Shown one piece after another: positions 30,909 to 40,870 of a DNA stretch of 64,000 bases. This DNA is from an uncultured Candidatus Rokubacteria bacterium (GTDB lineage: Bacteria > Methylomirabilota > Methylomirabilia > Rokubacteriales > CSP1-6): contig CAVXJS010000009.1 in NCBI GenBank assembly GCA_963762145.1, forward strand, positions 128,001 to 192,000, given 5' to 3'. Made by a program: the position numbers and the translations under genes. How positions within the stretch are numbered: position 1 is the stretch's first letter; every line of letters starts with the position of its first letter. Under the pieces are notes generated by a model. That model had not been told where the DNA came from, ran no database searches, and was given only the letters and a program-made list of their open reading frames with translations.

Positions 30909-32393
30909 CTACGACGCCATGGCCACGTAGAGGCTGGAGCCGTCGCGCGTGATCATGACGACCAGCGGGGCGCCCTTGGGGTGCTTCTCCATCGCCTGCT
31001 TCATCTCGGCCGCGTCGGCCACCGCCTTGTGGTTCACCTCGGTGATGACGTCACCCGGCCGGACGCCCGCGTTCTCCGCCGGGCTGCCGCTGCGCACCCC
31101 GCGCACCAGCACGCCGCGAGGCTCGGACAGCTTGAGGTTCCTGGCCATGCTCGGGGTCACCGTCTCGACCGTGAGGCCGAGCCGGCCCTTCTCCTCCTCG
31201 GCCTGCGCCACCACCGGCTGGCCGGGCTCGTCCATCTGCGCGATCGTGACGTTGAGCCCGACCGTCTTGCCCTCGCGGACCACGGTGACGGGAACCTGAC
31301 GGCCTACCTTGGTGGCGGCCACCAGCTTGGGAAGATCCGCCGACGTCCCGACCTTCTGGCCGTCGTACTGCGTGATGACGTCGCCGGCCTTGATGCCCGC
31401 CTGCGCGGCGGGCGACTTGTCCTGCACGCCGGACACCAGGGCGCCGGTGCCCTCCGCCACGTTGAAGCCCTTCGCGAGCTCGGCCGTCATCGGCTGGATG
31501 CTCACGCCGAGCCAGCCCCGCGTCACCTTGCCCGACGCGACGAGCTGGGTCACGACGGTCTTGGCCTGGTTGGCCGGAATGGCGAAGCCGATGCCCACCG
31601 AGCCGCCGGACTGGCTGAAGATGGCGGCGTTGATGCCGACCGCCTGGCCGCGCGCGTTGATGAGCGGGCCGCCGCTATTGCCGGGATTGATCGACGCGTC
31701 GGTCTGGATGAAGTCGTCGTACGGGCCCTGGCCGATGACGCGACCGGTGGCGCTGACGATGCCGGTGGTCACGGTCCGCTCGAGACCGAACGGGTTGCCG
31801 ATGGCCATCACCTGCTCGCCGACCTGGAGCTGGGCCGAATCGCCCAGCGGGATCACGGGCAGCCCGGTCGCCTCGACCTTGAGCAGCGCGAGGTCGGTCT
31901 TGGGGTCGCGTCCGACCATCGTCGCCGACAGCTCGCGGCCGTCGTCGATCTTGACCCGGATGTCGGTGGCGCCCTCCACCACGTGGTTGTTGGTCACGAT
32001 GTAGCCGTCCGGATTCACGATGAAGCCCGAGCCCATGCTGCGCACGGTGCGGGGCGACGGCGTCTCGCCGAACCGCTTGAAGAACTGCCGGAGCTGCTCG
32101 TTGTCCCCGAACGGATTCTGGCCACCGAACGGATTCTGCATCTGCGCGCGGTCCTCCACGCGCTTGGTGCTGATGTTGACGACCGCCGGCTTCAGCGCCC
32201 GGGTCAGCTCGACCCAGTTCGGCTGAGGCACCGCCGCCGCGGCGGCGACCGGCACCGGGCGCTCGCTCCAGAGCGGGGCGGACGTGGTGGTGTAGCCCAG
32301 GTGCGGCGCGAGCGCCACGAGCCCCACGATGGCGATCGTGGCGACGCCCATCCAGGCGGCGCGACTTCTGGTGACGAATCTGTTCATGGACAT
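30909..32393 (-). CDS. DegP/DegQ (HtrA) serine protease with two PDZ domains
   Basis: GSGFI, TNNHV, DLALL, IQTDASINPGNSGGPL, two PDZ-like repeats. Confidence 0.95.
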   Translation of the reverse strand: MSMNRFVTRSRAAWMGVATIAIVGLVALAPHLGYTTTSAPLWSERPVPVAAAAAVPQPNWVELTRALKPAVVNISTKRVEDRAQMQNPFGGQNPFGDNEQLRQFFKRFGETPSPRTVRSMGSGFIVNPDGYIVTNNHVVEGATDIRVKIDDGRELSATMVGRDPKTDLALLKVEATGLPVIPLGDSAQLQVGEQVMAIGNPFGLERTVTTGIVSATGRVIGQGPYDDFIQTDASINPGNSGGPLINARGQAVGINAAIFSQSGGSVGIGFAIPANQAKTVVTQLVASGKVTRGWLGVSIQPMTAELAKGFNVAEGTGALVSGVQDKSPAAQAGIKAGDVITQYDGQKVGTSADLPKLVAATKVGRQVPVTVVREGKTVGLNVTIAQMDEPGQPVVAQAEEEKGRLGLTVETVTPSMARNLKLSEPRGVLVRGVRSGSPAENAGVRPGDVITEVNHKAVADAAEMKQAMEKHPKGAPLVVMITRDGSSLYVAMAS

Positions 32394-32462
32394 CGTTCCC
32401 CTCCTCGGAGGTGTGCAGGTTTGGCTGATCCCAACGGCCTGCGACAACCATAGCCGGGCCGG

Positions 32463-32490
32463 ATGAGAGCCCGGTGAGGCGGAGATGAGA
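32463..32490 (-). promoter_or_regulatory. OmpR-family operator, three hexamers at 11-bp period
   Basis: Minus strand TCTCAT-N5-CCTCAC-N5-TCTCAT between the kinase and the degP-like gene. Confidence 0.6.
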
Positions 32491-32496
32491 ATTCGC

Positions 32497-33897
32497 TTAT
32501 CCGGCCTGGGCCAGGGGAAGGCGAATGATGAAGCGGCTGCCCGAGCCGGGCCGGCTCTCCACCGACAGCGTGCCGCCGTGGGCGACCGCGATGGATCGGG
32601 CGATCGCCAGCCCGAGTCCGGCCCCGCCCGTGTCGCGGGCGCGGGCCGCGTCGAGCCGCACGAACGCCTCGAAGATGCGATCCGTGTCGGCCGCGGGGAT
32701 CCCGATGCCGGTGTCGGACACCGTGAGCACCGCGGCCCCATCCGCGGTGGCCAGGCCCAGCTCGACCTTGCCGCCCGACGGCGTGTACTTGACCGCGTTC
32801 TCGACCAGGTTGCGCAGGGCCCGGTTCAACGCGACCGCGTCGCCCCATACGATTGCGGGCGAGGCGGTGTCGATGCGCACGCTCACGCCGGCGGGCCGGC
32901 CGAGCCGCGCGCCCACGTCGAAGACGTCGAGCAGGAGCGGCTCCAGGTCGACCCGCGCGCGGGGTCCGTCCGGCCCGGCCGTCGAGCGCGACAGGAGGAG
33001 CAGGTCCTCGGCGAGCCGGATCAGGCGCTCCACCTCCTCGAGGCTCGAGGCGAGCACCCGCCGGTACTCCTCGGGCGAGCGCTCGGCCCGCAGGGTCACC
33101 TCGATTCCGCCGCGGAGCGCGGCGAGCGGCGTTCGCAGCTCGTGGGCGGCGTCGGCCGCGAACCGGCGCGTCTGGGCGAAGGACTCCTCGAGGCGCGCGA
33201 GCATCCCGTTCAGGGTCTCGGCCAGCCGCGCCATCTCGTCGCCCGTTGCCGGCCGCTCCACCCGCCGGCTCAGATCCTCGGCGGTGATGCGACGGGCGGT
33301 CAGGGTCATCCGGTCCACCGGACGGAGCGCGGCGCGGGCGATGATCGCCCCTCCGAGAGCGGCGAGCGCCACGCCCAGCGGGATCAGCACGAGGAGGGTG
33401 TGGAGATAGCGGTCGAGGAGCCCCTCGACCCCCCGCAGCGACATCCCGACCTGGACGATGTCCGCCACGCGGCCGTTCCGCACGATCGGCATCGTGAAGA
33501 CTCGGAGGGGCTCCGCGCCGGGGCCGGTGACGGTCTCGAGCGTGCTCTCCCCGCGCGCGGCACGGGCGCGGGCGGTGGCGGACAGGGGCAAGGCGTCGCC
33601 GCGCCGCTGGCCGGTGGGGCCATGCGGCCGGCCCTCCGGATCCAGGAGCCGGAAGAGCTTGTCGTAGAGCTCGGGGCCGAGCAGGTTGCGGAGCAGCGCC
33701 TCGACCTCGCCCTCGGTCTGTCCCGGAGCGCCGGAGTCCTTGATGGCCCGGGCCACCGCGAGGAGCGAGGCATCGAGGTCCTGATGGGCGGTGCGGCGCA
33801 GCCAGGAATAGGACAGCGCGCCGATCGCGACCAGGATCACGAGCAGGAGCGCGCTGTACCAGAGCGTGAGCCGGGTGCGGATGGACAGCGCCTTCAT
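32497..33897 (-). CDS. Sensor histidine kinase (CusS/CzcS-like, HAMP domain)
   Basis: Two TMs, HAMP, AAHELRTPL, NLVENAVKY, DTGIGI, GAGLGL. Confidence 0.93.
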   Translation of the reverse strand: MKALSIRTRLTLWYSALLLVILVAIGALSYSWLRRTAHQDLDASLLAVARAIKDSGAPGQTEGEVEALLRNLLGPELYDKLFRLLDPEGRPHGPTGQRRGDALPLSATARARAARGESTLETVTGPGAEPLRVFTMPIVRNGRVADIVQVGMSLRGVEGLLDRYLHTLLVLIPLGVALAALGGAIIARAALRPVDRMTLTARRITAEDLSRRVERPATGDEMARLAETLNGMLARLEESFAQTRRFAADAAHELRTPLAALRGGIEVTLRAERSPEEYRRVLASSLEEVERLIRLAEDLLLLSRSTAGPDGPRARVDLEPLLLDVFDVGARLGRPAGVSVRIDTASPAIVWGDAVALNRALRNLVENAVKYTPSGGKVELGLATADGAAVLTVSDTGIGIPAADTDRIFEAFVRLDAARARDTGGAGLGLAIARSIAVAHGGTLSVESRPGSGSRFIIRLPLAQAG

Positions 33898-34571
33898 CGC
33901 TCGACCCGCAGCGAGTAGCCCGCGCCGCGCACCGTCTGCACCAGGCGGGTCTCTCCGTCCGCGTCGATCTTGCGGCGCAAATAGCCCACGTAGACGTCGA
34001 CGATGTTGCTCTCGGGGTCGAAATCCATCCCCCAGACGTGCTGGGTGATCATGGGCCGGGTGAGCACGCGGCCCGTGTTGCGCAGCAGATACTCGAGCAG
34101 CGCGTACTCGCGGGCGGTCAGCGAGATGCGGCGCCGGCCCCGGGTGACGATTCGCGTGGCGGGATCCAGCGAGAGGTCGCCCAGGCGGAGCACCGGCGCG
34201 GCGCCGCCGGACCCGCGCCGCAGGAGCGCCCGCACCCGCGCGAGGAGCTCCTCGAAGGCGAAGGGCTTGACCAGGTAGTCGTCGGCGCCCGCGTCGAGCC
34301 CGGCGACCTTGTCGGCCACCCCGTCCCGCGCGGTCAGGAGGAGCACGGGGGCCTGCATCCGGCTCGCCCGGAGAGCGCGGAGCACCTGGAGGCCGTCGCG
34401 CTTCGGCAGCATCACGTCGAGGACGACGAGATCGAAGGGCGGGCCGTCCGCCACTGCGTCGAGCGCGGCCTCGCCGTCCGCCGCCACCTCCACCGCGTGC
34501 CCTTCCTCCGCGAGTCCCTGGCGGATGAAGGCCGCGACCTTCCGCTCGTCTTCGACCACGAGGATCCGCAT
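33894..34571 (-). CDS. OmpR-family response regulator
   Basis: ILVVEDE, LDVMLP, GADDYLVKPF, VDVYVGYLRRKID..TVRGAGY. Confidence 0.95.
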   Translation of the reverse strand: MRILVVEDERKVAAFIRQGLAEEGHAVEVAADGEAALDAVADGPPFDLVVLDVMLPKRDGLQVLRALRASRMQAPVLLLTARDGVADKVAGLDAGADDYLVKPFAFEELLARVRALLRRGSGGAAPVLRLGDLSLDPATRIVTRGRRRISLTAREYALLEYLLRNTGRVLTRPMITQHVWGMDFDPESNIVDVYVGYLRRKIDADGETRLVQTVRGAGYSLRVER

Positions 34572-34624
34572 GGCGGATGTAGAATCGCACACATGCTCGT
34601 GACAAGACCAACGGAGGCGCCGTC

Positions 34625-35656
34625 ATGATCGATCTCTACAGCGACACCCTGACGAAACCCACCCCCGACATGCGCCGGTTCATGTGCGAGGCCGAGGTCG
34701 GCGACGAGCAGAAGGGCGAGGACCCGACCGTGAACCTGCTGCAGGAGACGGTGGCCGATCTCCTCGGCAAGGAGGCGGCGGTCTTCCTCCCGTCCGGCAC
34801 CATGTGCAACGAGATCGCGGTCAAGGTGCACACGCGGCCCGGCGACGAGGTGCTGGCCGACCGCACCTCGCACCTGATCCACTTCGAGGGCGGCGGCCCC
34901 GGCCTGCTCTCGGGCGTGCTGATGGGCTCGCTCGACGGCGAGCGCGGTGTCTTCACCTCCGCCCAGCTACGCGCCGCCACGCACCCGCGCTCGCGCTACG
35001 CGCCCCCGACGCGCCTGGTCTCGGTGGAGAACACCAGCAATCTCGGCGGCGGCCGGGTGTGGTCCCTCGCCCAGGTGGAGGACGTGAGCCGCGCCGCGCG
35101 CGGGCTCGGGCTCGCCACCCACATGGACGGGGCGCGGCTGCTCAACGCGGTGGTGGCCTCGGGGACGCCCGCGCGCGCCTACGCCGCGCACGTGGACTCG
35201 CTCTGGATCGACTTCAGCAAGGGGCTCGGCGCGCCGGTGGGCGCCTGCCTGGCCGGCTCCCGCGCCTTCATCGAGGAGGCCTGGCGCTACAAGCAGGCGC
35301 TGGGCGGCGCCATGCGGCAGGCCGGCATCATCGCGGCGGGCGGCGTCTACGCGCTCCGCCACCACGTGAGCCGGCTCGCGGAGGACCACGACAACGCGAA
35401 GGCGTTCGCGCGCGGGATCGCGGGCCTGCGCGGGATCGGCCTCGATCCCGCGCACGTCGAGACCAACATCGTGATCTTCGACGTGGCGGGCACCGGGGTC
35501 ACCGCCCAGGCCCTCGCCGACCGGCTCCTCGCCACCCCCGCGAACGTGCGGCTCAGCGTCATGGGCGAGAGCCGCCTGCGCGCGGTCACCCACCTCGACG
35601 TCTCGCGCAAGCAGATCGACGCCGCGGTCGAGGCCATGGCGGCCGTCACCGCTTGA
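34625..35656 (+). CDS. ltaE: Low-specificity L-threonine aldolase
   Basis: [38 protein letters not shown]. Confidence 0.9.
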   Translation: MIDLYSDTLTKPTPDMRRFMCEAEVGDEQKGEDPTVNLLQETVADLLGKEAAVFLPSGTMCNEIAVKVHTRPGDEVLADRTSHLIHFEGGGPGLLSGVLMGSLDGERGVFTSAQLRAATHPRSRYAPPTRLVSVENTSNLGGGRVWSLAQVEDVSRAARGLGLATHMDGARLLNAVVASGTPARAYAAHVDSLWIDFSKGLGAPVGACLAGSRAFIEEAWRYKQALGGAMRQAGIIAAGGVYALRHHVSRLAEDHDNAKAFARGIAGLRGIGLDPAHVETNIVIFDVAGTGVTAQALADRLLATPANVRLSVMGESRLRAVTHLDVSRKQIDAAVEAMAAVTA

Positions 35657-35681
35657 CAGAGGGAGGCGGCCCGTTTAGCGT
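35653..35681 (+). promoter_or_regulatory. Sigma70 promoter, probably leaderless, for the sulfurtransferase operon
   Basis: TTGACA-N17-TAGCGT ending 7 nt before ATG 35689. Confidence 0.65.
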
Positions 35682-35688
35682 CCGGGAG

Positions 35689-37278
35689 ATGACTGCCGCC
35701 GCGATCTCCCCCGAGCAGCTCGCCACGCTCCTCGAGCAGCCCTCCCCGCACGCCCTCCTGGACGTGCGCGAGCGGGCCGCCTTCGAGCGCGGACACATCT
35801 ATCGCGCGACCCCCCTGCCCCGGCGGCTCATCGAGCTGCGCCTGCCCGGGCTGGTGACCGCGCCGGGCACGCTGATCGTGCTCTACGACGACGATGGCAG
35901 CCTCGCCGCGCTCGCCGCGCTCACCCTCGCCGAGATGGGCTACACCGAGGTCTTCGTGCTGACCGGCGGCCTCGAGGCCTGGCGGCGCGCCGGGCACCCG
36001 GTGGTCCAGGGCCTCAACGTGCCGAGCAAGGTCTTCGGCGAGCGCGTGCTGCACGACTTCAAGACGCCCGAGATCACCTGCCTCGAGCTCTCCGCGCAGA
36101 TGACGGAGGGGCGCGACATGGTGATCGTGGACACCCGCACCCCGGAGGAGTACTCGCGCGGCTGTCTGCCCGGCGCGTGGAGCATGCCGGGCGGCGAGCT
36201 CGTGCTCCGGATCGGCGAGCTGGTGGCGAGCCCGGAGCAGACCATCGTCGTGCACTGCGGCGGGCGGACCCGCTCCTACCTGGGCGCCGAGTCGCTCCGC
36301 CGCATGGGGCTGCCCAACCCGATCGTGGCGGTGAAGAACGGCACGATGGGCTGGCAGCTCGACGGGCTCGAGCTCGAGCGCGGGGCGACCCGCTGGCCGC
36401 CCGCGCCCTCCGAGAGGAGCCGCGCGCGGGCCGTCGAGATCGCCACGCGCGTGGCCGCGGAGGACGGCACCCCGCTCGTCTCCGCGGACGCGGTCGCCGA
36501 GCGCTGGAACCGGCGCGAGCGCGAGAACGTGACGATGTTCGACGTGCGGACCCGGGAGGAGTACGACGCCGGGCACGTGCCGGGGTCGACCTGGGTGCCC
36601 GGCGGCCAGGCGGTGCAGGCCACCGACGACAACATGGCGGTGCGCGCCGGCTGGCTGGTCCTGATCTGTGACGGCTTCGGCCGCTCGGTCATGACCGCGG
36701 GCTGGCTCAAGCGCATGGGCTTCCCCCACGTGGCGGTGCTGGACGGGGGCGTGCCGGCGTGGCAGCGCTCCGGTCGCCCGCTCGAGACCGGCGAGCCGGT
36801 CGCCACCCCGTTCGGCTTCGACGCGGCCCGCCGCGTGGTCGAGCACGTGCCGCCCGGGCCGGTCGGCGACGCGGTGGTGCTGAGCGTGGACCCGAGCGAC
36901 GTCTACCAGCGGGGGCACGTGCCCGGCGCGCGGTGGATCGGTCGCGGGCGGCTCGAGCTGCTCATCGGCCGCGCCGCGCCCGACACCGGCGCCGCCGTGC
37001 TCTTCACCTGCGCCGACGGCGTGCAGTCCACCCTGGCCGCGGCCACGCTGAGACGTCTGGGCTATGCGGCCGCGCGCGTGCTGGACGGCGGCCTCGCGGC
37101 CTGGAGGGCGGCCGGTCTCCCGGTGGAGACCGGAGCCGGCACCATGCTCGGCGAGACGGACGACGTCGTCCAGAAGCCGTACGAGCGCGGGCGAGCCGCC
37201 ATGGAGGCGTACCTGCGCTGGGAAGAGGCGCTCGACCAGCGCGGCGTGAGCCCGCACGCGCTGCTGCCGCCGCGATGA
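35689..37278 (+). CDS. Four-domain rhodanese sulfurtransferase
   Basis: Four units (DVRE..GHI, DTRT..GCLPGA, DVRT..GHVPGS, GHVPGA) with loops YDDDG, CGGRTRS, CDGFGRS, CADGVQS; NVPSKVFGE. Confidence 0.88.
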   Translation: MTAAAISPEQLATLLEQPSPHALLDVRERAAFERGHIYRATPLPRRLIELRLPGLVTAPGTLIVLYDDDGSLAALAALTLAEMGYTEVFVLTGGLEAWRRAGHPVVQGLNVPSKVFGERVLHDFKTPEITCLELSAQMTEGRDMVIVDTRTPEEYSRGCLPGAWSMPGGELVLRIGELVASPEQTIVVHCGGRTRSYLGAESLRRMGLPNPIVAVKNGTMGWQLDGLELERGATRWPPAPSERSRARAVEIATRVAAEDGTPLVSADAVAERWNRRERENVTMFDVRTREEYDAGHVPGSTWVPGGQAVQATDDNMAVRAGWLVLICDGFGRSVMTAGWLKRMGFPHVAVLDGGVPAWQRSGRPLETGEPVATPFGFDAARRVVEHVPPGPVGDAVVLSVDPSDVYQRGHVPGARWIGRGRLELLIGRAAPDTGAAVLFTCADGVQSTLAAATLRRLGYAAARVLDGGLAAWRAAGLPVETGAGTMLGETDDVVQKPYERGRAAMEAYLRWEEALDQRGVSPHALLPPR

Positions 37279-38126
37279 TCCCGTTCGGCCAGGATCCGCT
37301 CGTGAGCACCGAGTGGCTGGCCGCCCACCTGGGCGAGCCCGATCTCCGGGTGGTGGACGCCACCTTCTATCTCCCGCACCTCAAGCGCGACGCGCGCGCC
37401 GAGTTCGAGCAGGCCCACCTGCCGGGGGCGGTCTTCTTCGACATCGAGACCATCTCGGACCACGCCAACCCGCTGCCGCACATGCTGCCGGACGCTCGCG
37501 AGTTCGCTCACGCGGTGGGCGCGCTGGGCATCGGGACGGGCGACCGGGTGGTGGCCTACGGAGGGCGCGGGCTGATCGCCTCCGCGCGGGTGTGGTGGAC
37601 CTTCCGCGCCTTCGGCCACGAGCGGGTGGCGGTGCTCGACGGCGGCTCGGCCAAGTGGAAGAAGGAAGGCCGTCCGGTCGAGTCGGGCACGCCCTCCCCG
37701 GCCCCGCGGCAGTTCGCGGCCACGCTCCACAAGGAGCTGGTGGCCGACCTCGACCGCGTGCTTGCCACGCTCGAGCGGCGCGACGCCCAGATCATCGACG
37801 CGCGCTCGCGCGGGCGCTTCGCGGCCACCGAGCCCGAGATCCGTCCCGGTCTCCGGGGTGGCCACATCCCCGGGAGCCTCAACCTGCCCTACAACGAGCT
37901 GTTCTCGCCCGACGACGACGTGCTCCGTCCGGAGACGGACGTGCGCGGCGCCTTCCAGGGCGCGGGCCTCGACCTGACGCGCCCGGTGGTGGCCACCTGC
38001 GGCTCCGGCGTGAGCGCGGCGGTGCTGGCGCTCGCGATGTACCGGCTGGGCCGTCGCGACGCGGCGGTATACGACGGCTCGTGGACCGAATGGGGTGGCC
38101 GCCGCGACACCCCCGTCGCTCCCTGA
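37275..38126 (+). CDS. sseA: 3-mercaptopyruvate sulfurtransferase
   Basis: LVSTEWL, HLPGAVFFDI, GHIPGS, CGSGVSA active loop, YDGSWTEW. Confidence 0.92.
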   Translation: MIPFGQDPLVSTEWLAAHLGEPDLRVVDATFYLPHLKRDARAEFEQAHLPGAVFFDIETISDHANPLPHMLPDAREFAHAVGALGIGTGDRVVAYGGRGLIASARVWWTFRAFGHERVAVLDGGSAKWKKEGRPVESGTPSPAPRQFAATLHKELVADLDRVLATLERRDAQIIDARSRGRFAATEPEIRPGLRGGHIPGSLNLPYNELFSPDDDVLRPETDVRGAFQGAGLDLTRPVVATCGSGVSAAVLALAMYRLGRRDAAVYDGSWTEWGGRRDTPVAP

Positions 38127-38151
38127 GCGGCCGCCGACTGGAGAATCGACG

Positions 38152-38715
38152 ATGTCGTCCGAGACCTATACCCTCGAGCAGTTCGTGGCGGACCTCGACC
38201 GGATCACCGCGCGTGAGACCGCGCCCGAAGCCATCACCGCCCAGATCGAGCCGCTCCTCGCGCGCCTGATCAGGAATCCCGACGCGATCCCCGCCCGGTT
38301 CCGCGGGCGCGCCCCGGACGGCGGGCGCGGGCGCTTCATGCTCCACAGAGCGAAGCGCTTCAACGTCACCTCGGTGGTGTGGCGGCCCGGCGACCGCGCG
38401 GGCGCCCACAACCACGAGACGTGGGGCGTGATCGGCGTCATCGACAACGAGATCGAGGAGACCCGCTATCGGGTGACCGAGCGCGCGGGCGGCAACGCCA
38501 CCGTCGCGGTCACCAGCGTCACCCGCCACGCGGCGGGCGCGATATCGCGCCTGGTGCCGCCGGCCGACGAGGTGCACGCCATGCACAACCCGACCGCGCG
38601 CGACACGGTCGAGATCCACGTGTACGGCAAGGATCTCTACGGGCTGTCACGCAAGACGTGGGCCGCCGACGGCCGCGTCTCGTCGCTCGTCAGCTCGAAA
38701 TACGTCAACTGCTGA
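38152..38715 (+). CDS. Thiol dioxygenase (CDO/3-mercaptopropionate dioxygenase family cupin)
   Basis: VVWRPG..AHNHETWG..EVH (3-His iron site), IHVYG. Confidence 0.82.
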   Translation: MSSETYTLEQFVADLDRITARETAPEAITAQIEPLLARLIRNPDAIPARFRGRAPDGGRGRFMLHRAKRFNVTSVVWRPGDRAGAHNHETWGVIGVIDNEIEETRYRVTERAGGNATVAVTSVTRHAAGAISRLVPPADEVHAMHNPTARDTVEIHVYGKDLYGLSRKTWAADGRVSSLVSSKYVNC

Positions 38716-38741
38716 GCCACCCCGGTCAGGAGGACCACCAC

Positions 38742-39377
38742 ATGTCACTGAGACTCGGAGACACCGCGCCCGACTTCACCGCCGAGACCACCCAGGGACC
38801 GGTCAAGTTCCACGACTGGATCGGGGACGGCTGGGCCATTCTCTTCTCGCACCCGCGCGACTACACGCCGGTGTGCACCACCGAGCTGGGCTACGTGGCG
38901 CGGCTCAAGGGCGAGTTCGACAAGCGGGACGTCAAGTGCATCGGGCTGTCGATCGATCCGCTCGACTCCCACAAGGGCTGGATGGCCGACATCAAGGAGA
39001 CGCAGGGGCACGAGCCGAAATTCCCGGTGATCGCGGACCCCGAGCGTAAGGTCGCCAACCTCTACGGCATGATGCACCCCGCGCACGACGAGGTGTACAC
39101 CGTGCGCACCGTGTTCGTGATCGACCCCAAGAAGAAGATCCGCCTGATGATCACGTATCCCCAGACCACCGGCCGCAACTTCGACGAGATCCTGCGCGTG
39201 ATCGATTCCCTCCAGCTCACCGACGGCTACCGGGTGGCCACTCCCGTGAACTGGAAGCCGGGCGAGGACGTCATCATCGTGCCCGCGGTCACCGACGAGG
39301 AAGCGAAGAGCAAGTTCCCCAAGGGCTGGAAGGCGCTCAAGCCCTACCTGCGCCTCACCCCGCAGCCGAACAAGTAG
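38742..39377 (+). CDS. 1-Cys peroxiredoxin (Prx6)
   Basis: FSHPRDYTPVCTTELG, YPQTTGRNFDEILR, ATPVNW. Confidence 0.95.
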   Translation: MSLRLGDTAPDFTAETTQGPVKFHDWIGDGWAILFSHPRDYTPVCTTELGYVARLKGEFDKRDVKCIGLSIDPLDSHKGWMADIKETQGHEPKFPVIADPERKVANLYGMMHPAHDEVYTVRTVFVIDPKKKIRLMITYPQTTGRNFDEILRVIDSLQLTDGYRVATPVNWKPGEDVIIVPAVTDEEAKSKFPKGWKALKPYLRLTPQPNK

Positions 39378-39398
39378 CGACCACCCGGGCCTCTTCCC

Positions 39399-40493
39399 AT
39401 GAAAGGCGCCGACGTGCTCGTGGTCGGAGCGGGGTGCGTCGGCGCCAACGTGGCCTATCGACTCGCCGAGCGCGGGGCCACCGTGACCGTGCTCGACGCG
39501 GGCTCCCCCGGCGCCGGGGCGTCGGGGGCGAGCTTCGCGTGGACGAACTCGTTCAACAAGACGCCGCGCGACTACCACGACCTCAACGTCGCGAGCATGG
39601 AGGAGCACGCCGCCCTCGCCAAGGAGCTGGGCGGCGGCGGCTGGCTCCACCAGGACGGCGCGCTCGCGTGGGAGGAGGGGCCGGCCGGGCTCGCCCGCCT
39701 CGGGCAGGCGGTGGAGCGCCTCACCGGCTGGGCCTACGCGGTCGAGCGGATCACTCCGAGGCAGGCTCTCGAGATCGAGCCCGATCTCCGCATCGGCCCC
39801 GACGTCGAGCAGGTCGTGTGGACCCCGGGCGAGGGCTACGTGGAAGCGGTCCCGTTCATCGGCGCGCTGCTCGCCGAGGCCACGCGGCGCGGCGCCCGCG
39901 TGCTCCCCGGCCGGCGCGTGGCCGCGGTGATCCGCTCGGGCGCCCGCGTGCGCGGCGTGAGCACCGCGAGCGGTGAGCGTTTCGAGGCCGACGTGCTCGT
40001 GGACTGCGCCGGCGTGGCCATGGACGAGATCGCCCTCCTGGCCGGCGTCGCCCTCCCGATCGACCGCGTGCCCGGCCGCCTGATCTACACCGCGCCGGTC
40101 GCCACGACTCTCCGTCGGCCGATCCACGCCCCGGGCTGCCACTTCCGTCCGGACGGCGGCGGGCGCATCGTGCTGGCCGAGGGCGCACACGACCAGGTCT
40201 GGGCCGAGGCCGCCCCAGCCTGGCCGCCGGAGCGCTCGCTCGCGACGGTGGCCGCGCATCTGCCGGCGCTGGCGGGCGCACGGGTCGAGGCGACGCGCAT
40301 CGGGGTACGCCCGATGCCGCGGGACGAGCAGCCGATGGTCGGCGGCATCCCCGGCCTCGACGGCTTCTACGTCGTCGCCTCGCACAGCGGCGTCACGCTC
40401 GGCCCGCTCTGGGGCCGCATCGCCGCCGCCGAGCTCCTCGACGGTGCCCTCGACCCGCGCCTCGTCCCCTATCGCCCCGCCCGCTTCCTGTAG
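39399..40493 (+). CDS. FAD-dependent oxidoreductase (DAO/glycine-oxidase family)
   Basis: VVGAGCVG, ASGASFAW, GVRPMPRD..P..G, HSGVTLGP. Confidence 0.88.
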   Translation: MKGADVLVVGAGCVGANVAYRLAERGATVTVLDAGSPGAGASGASFAWTNSFNKTPRDYHDLNVASMEEHAALAKELGGGGWLHQDGALAWEEGPAGLARLGQAVERLTGWAYAVERITPRQALEIEPDLRIGPDVEQVVWTPGEGYVEAVPFIGALLAEATRRGARVLPGRRVAAVIRSGARVRGVSTASGERFEADVLVDCAGVAMDEIALLAGVALPIDRVPGRLIYTAPVATTLRRPIHAPGCHFRPDGGGRIVLAEGAHDQVWAEAAPAWPPERSLATVAAHLPALAGARVEATRIGVRPMPRDEQPMVGGIPGLDGFYVVASHSGVTLGPLWGRIAAAELLDGALDPRLVPYRPARFL

Positions 40494-40498
40494 GGGAC

Positions 40499-40771
40499 AT
40501 GACGCGTCAGGCCCTCGCGGCCGCGGTCCTGGCGCTGCTCATCGCCGCCGCGCCCGCGGGAGCTCACGCCGCCGAGATCAAGTCTCTGACCGAGATCATC
40601 CTGAGAGAGATCGGCCTCGTGGGCCCCTGCCGCCGGAGATACAGTCGACGGTGTACTTCGCGGGTGGAGTCAGCGCGGCCGGCAACCGGAGCGGCCCGGC
40701 AGCTCATCGCGTTCCTGAAGTGCCCGCGGGCCGCCCAGGTAATCAGGGCCCGAGGCATGAGCCCGGAGTGA
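40499..40771 (+). pseudogene. Internally deleted ModA-like solute-binding protein remnant
   Basis: Signal peptide plus AEIK joined almost directly to VGPLPPEIQ..YFAGGV..ARQLIAFLK..IRARGM (family C-terminus); the core is missing. Confidence 0.6.
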
Positions 40772-40870
40772 GCGAGCCGAGCCCGGCCCCGCTGCCGCGA
40801 CCCGTTTGACCTGCCCCGGGGGATCTGGCAGGATCACGCGATGGCGTTGCCCCTCCCAAAGGAGAGATGA

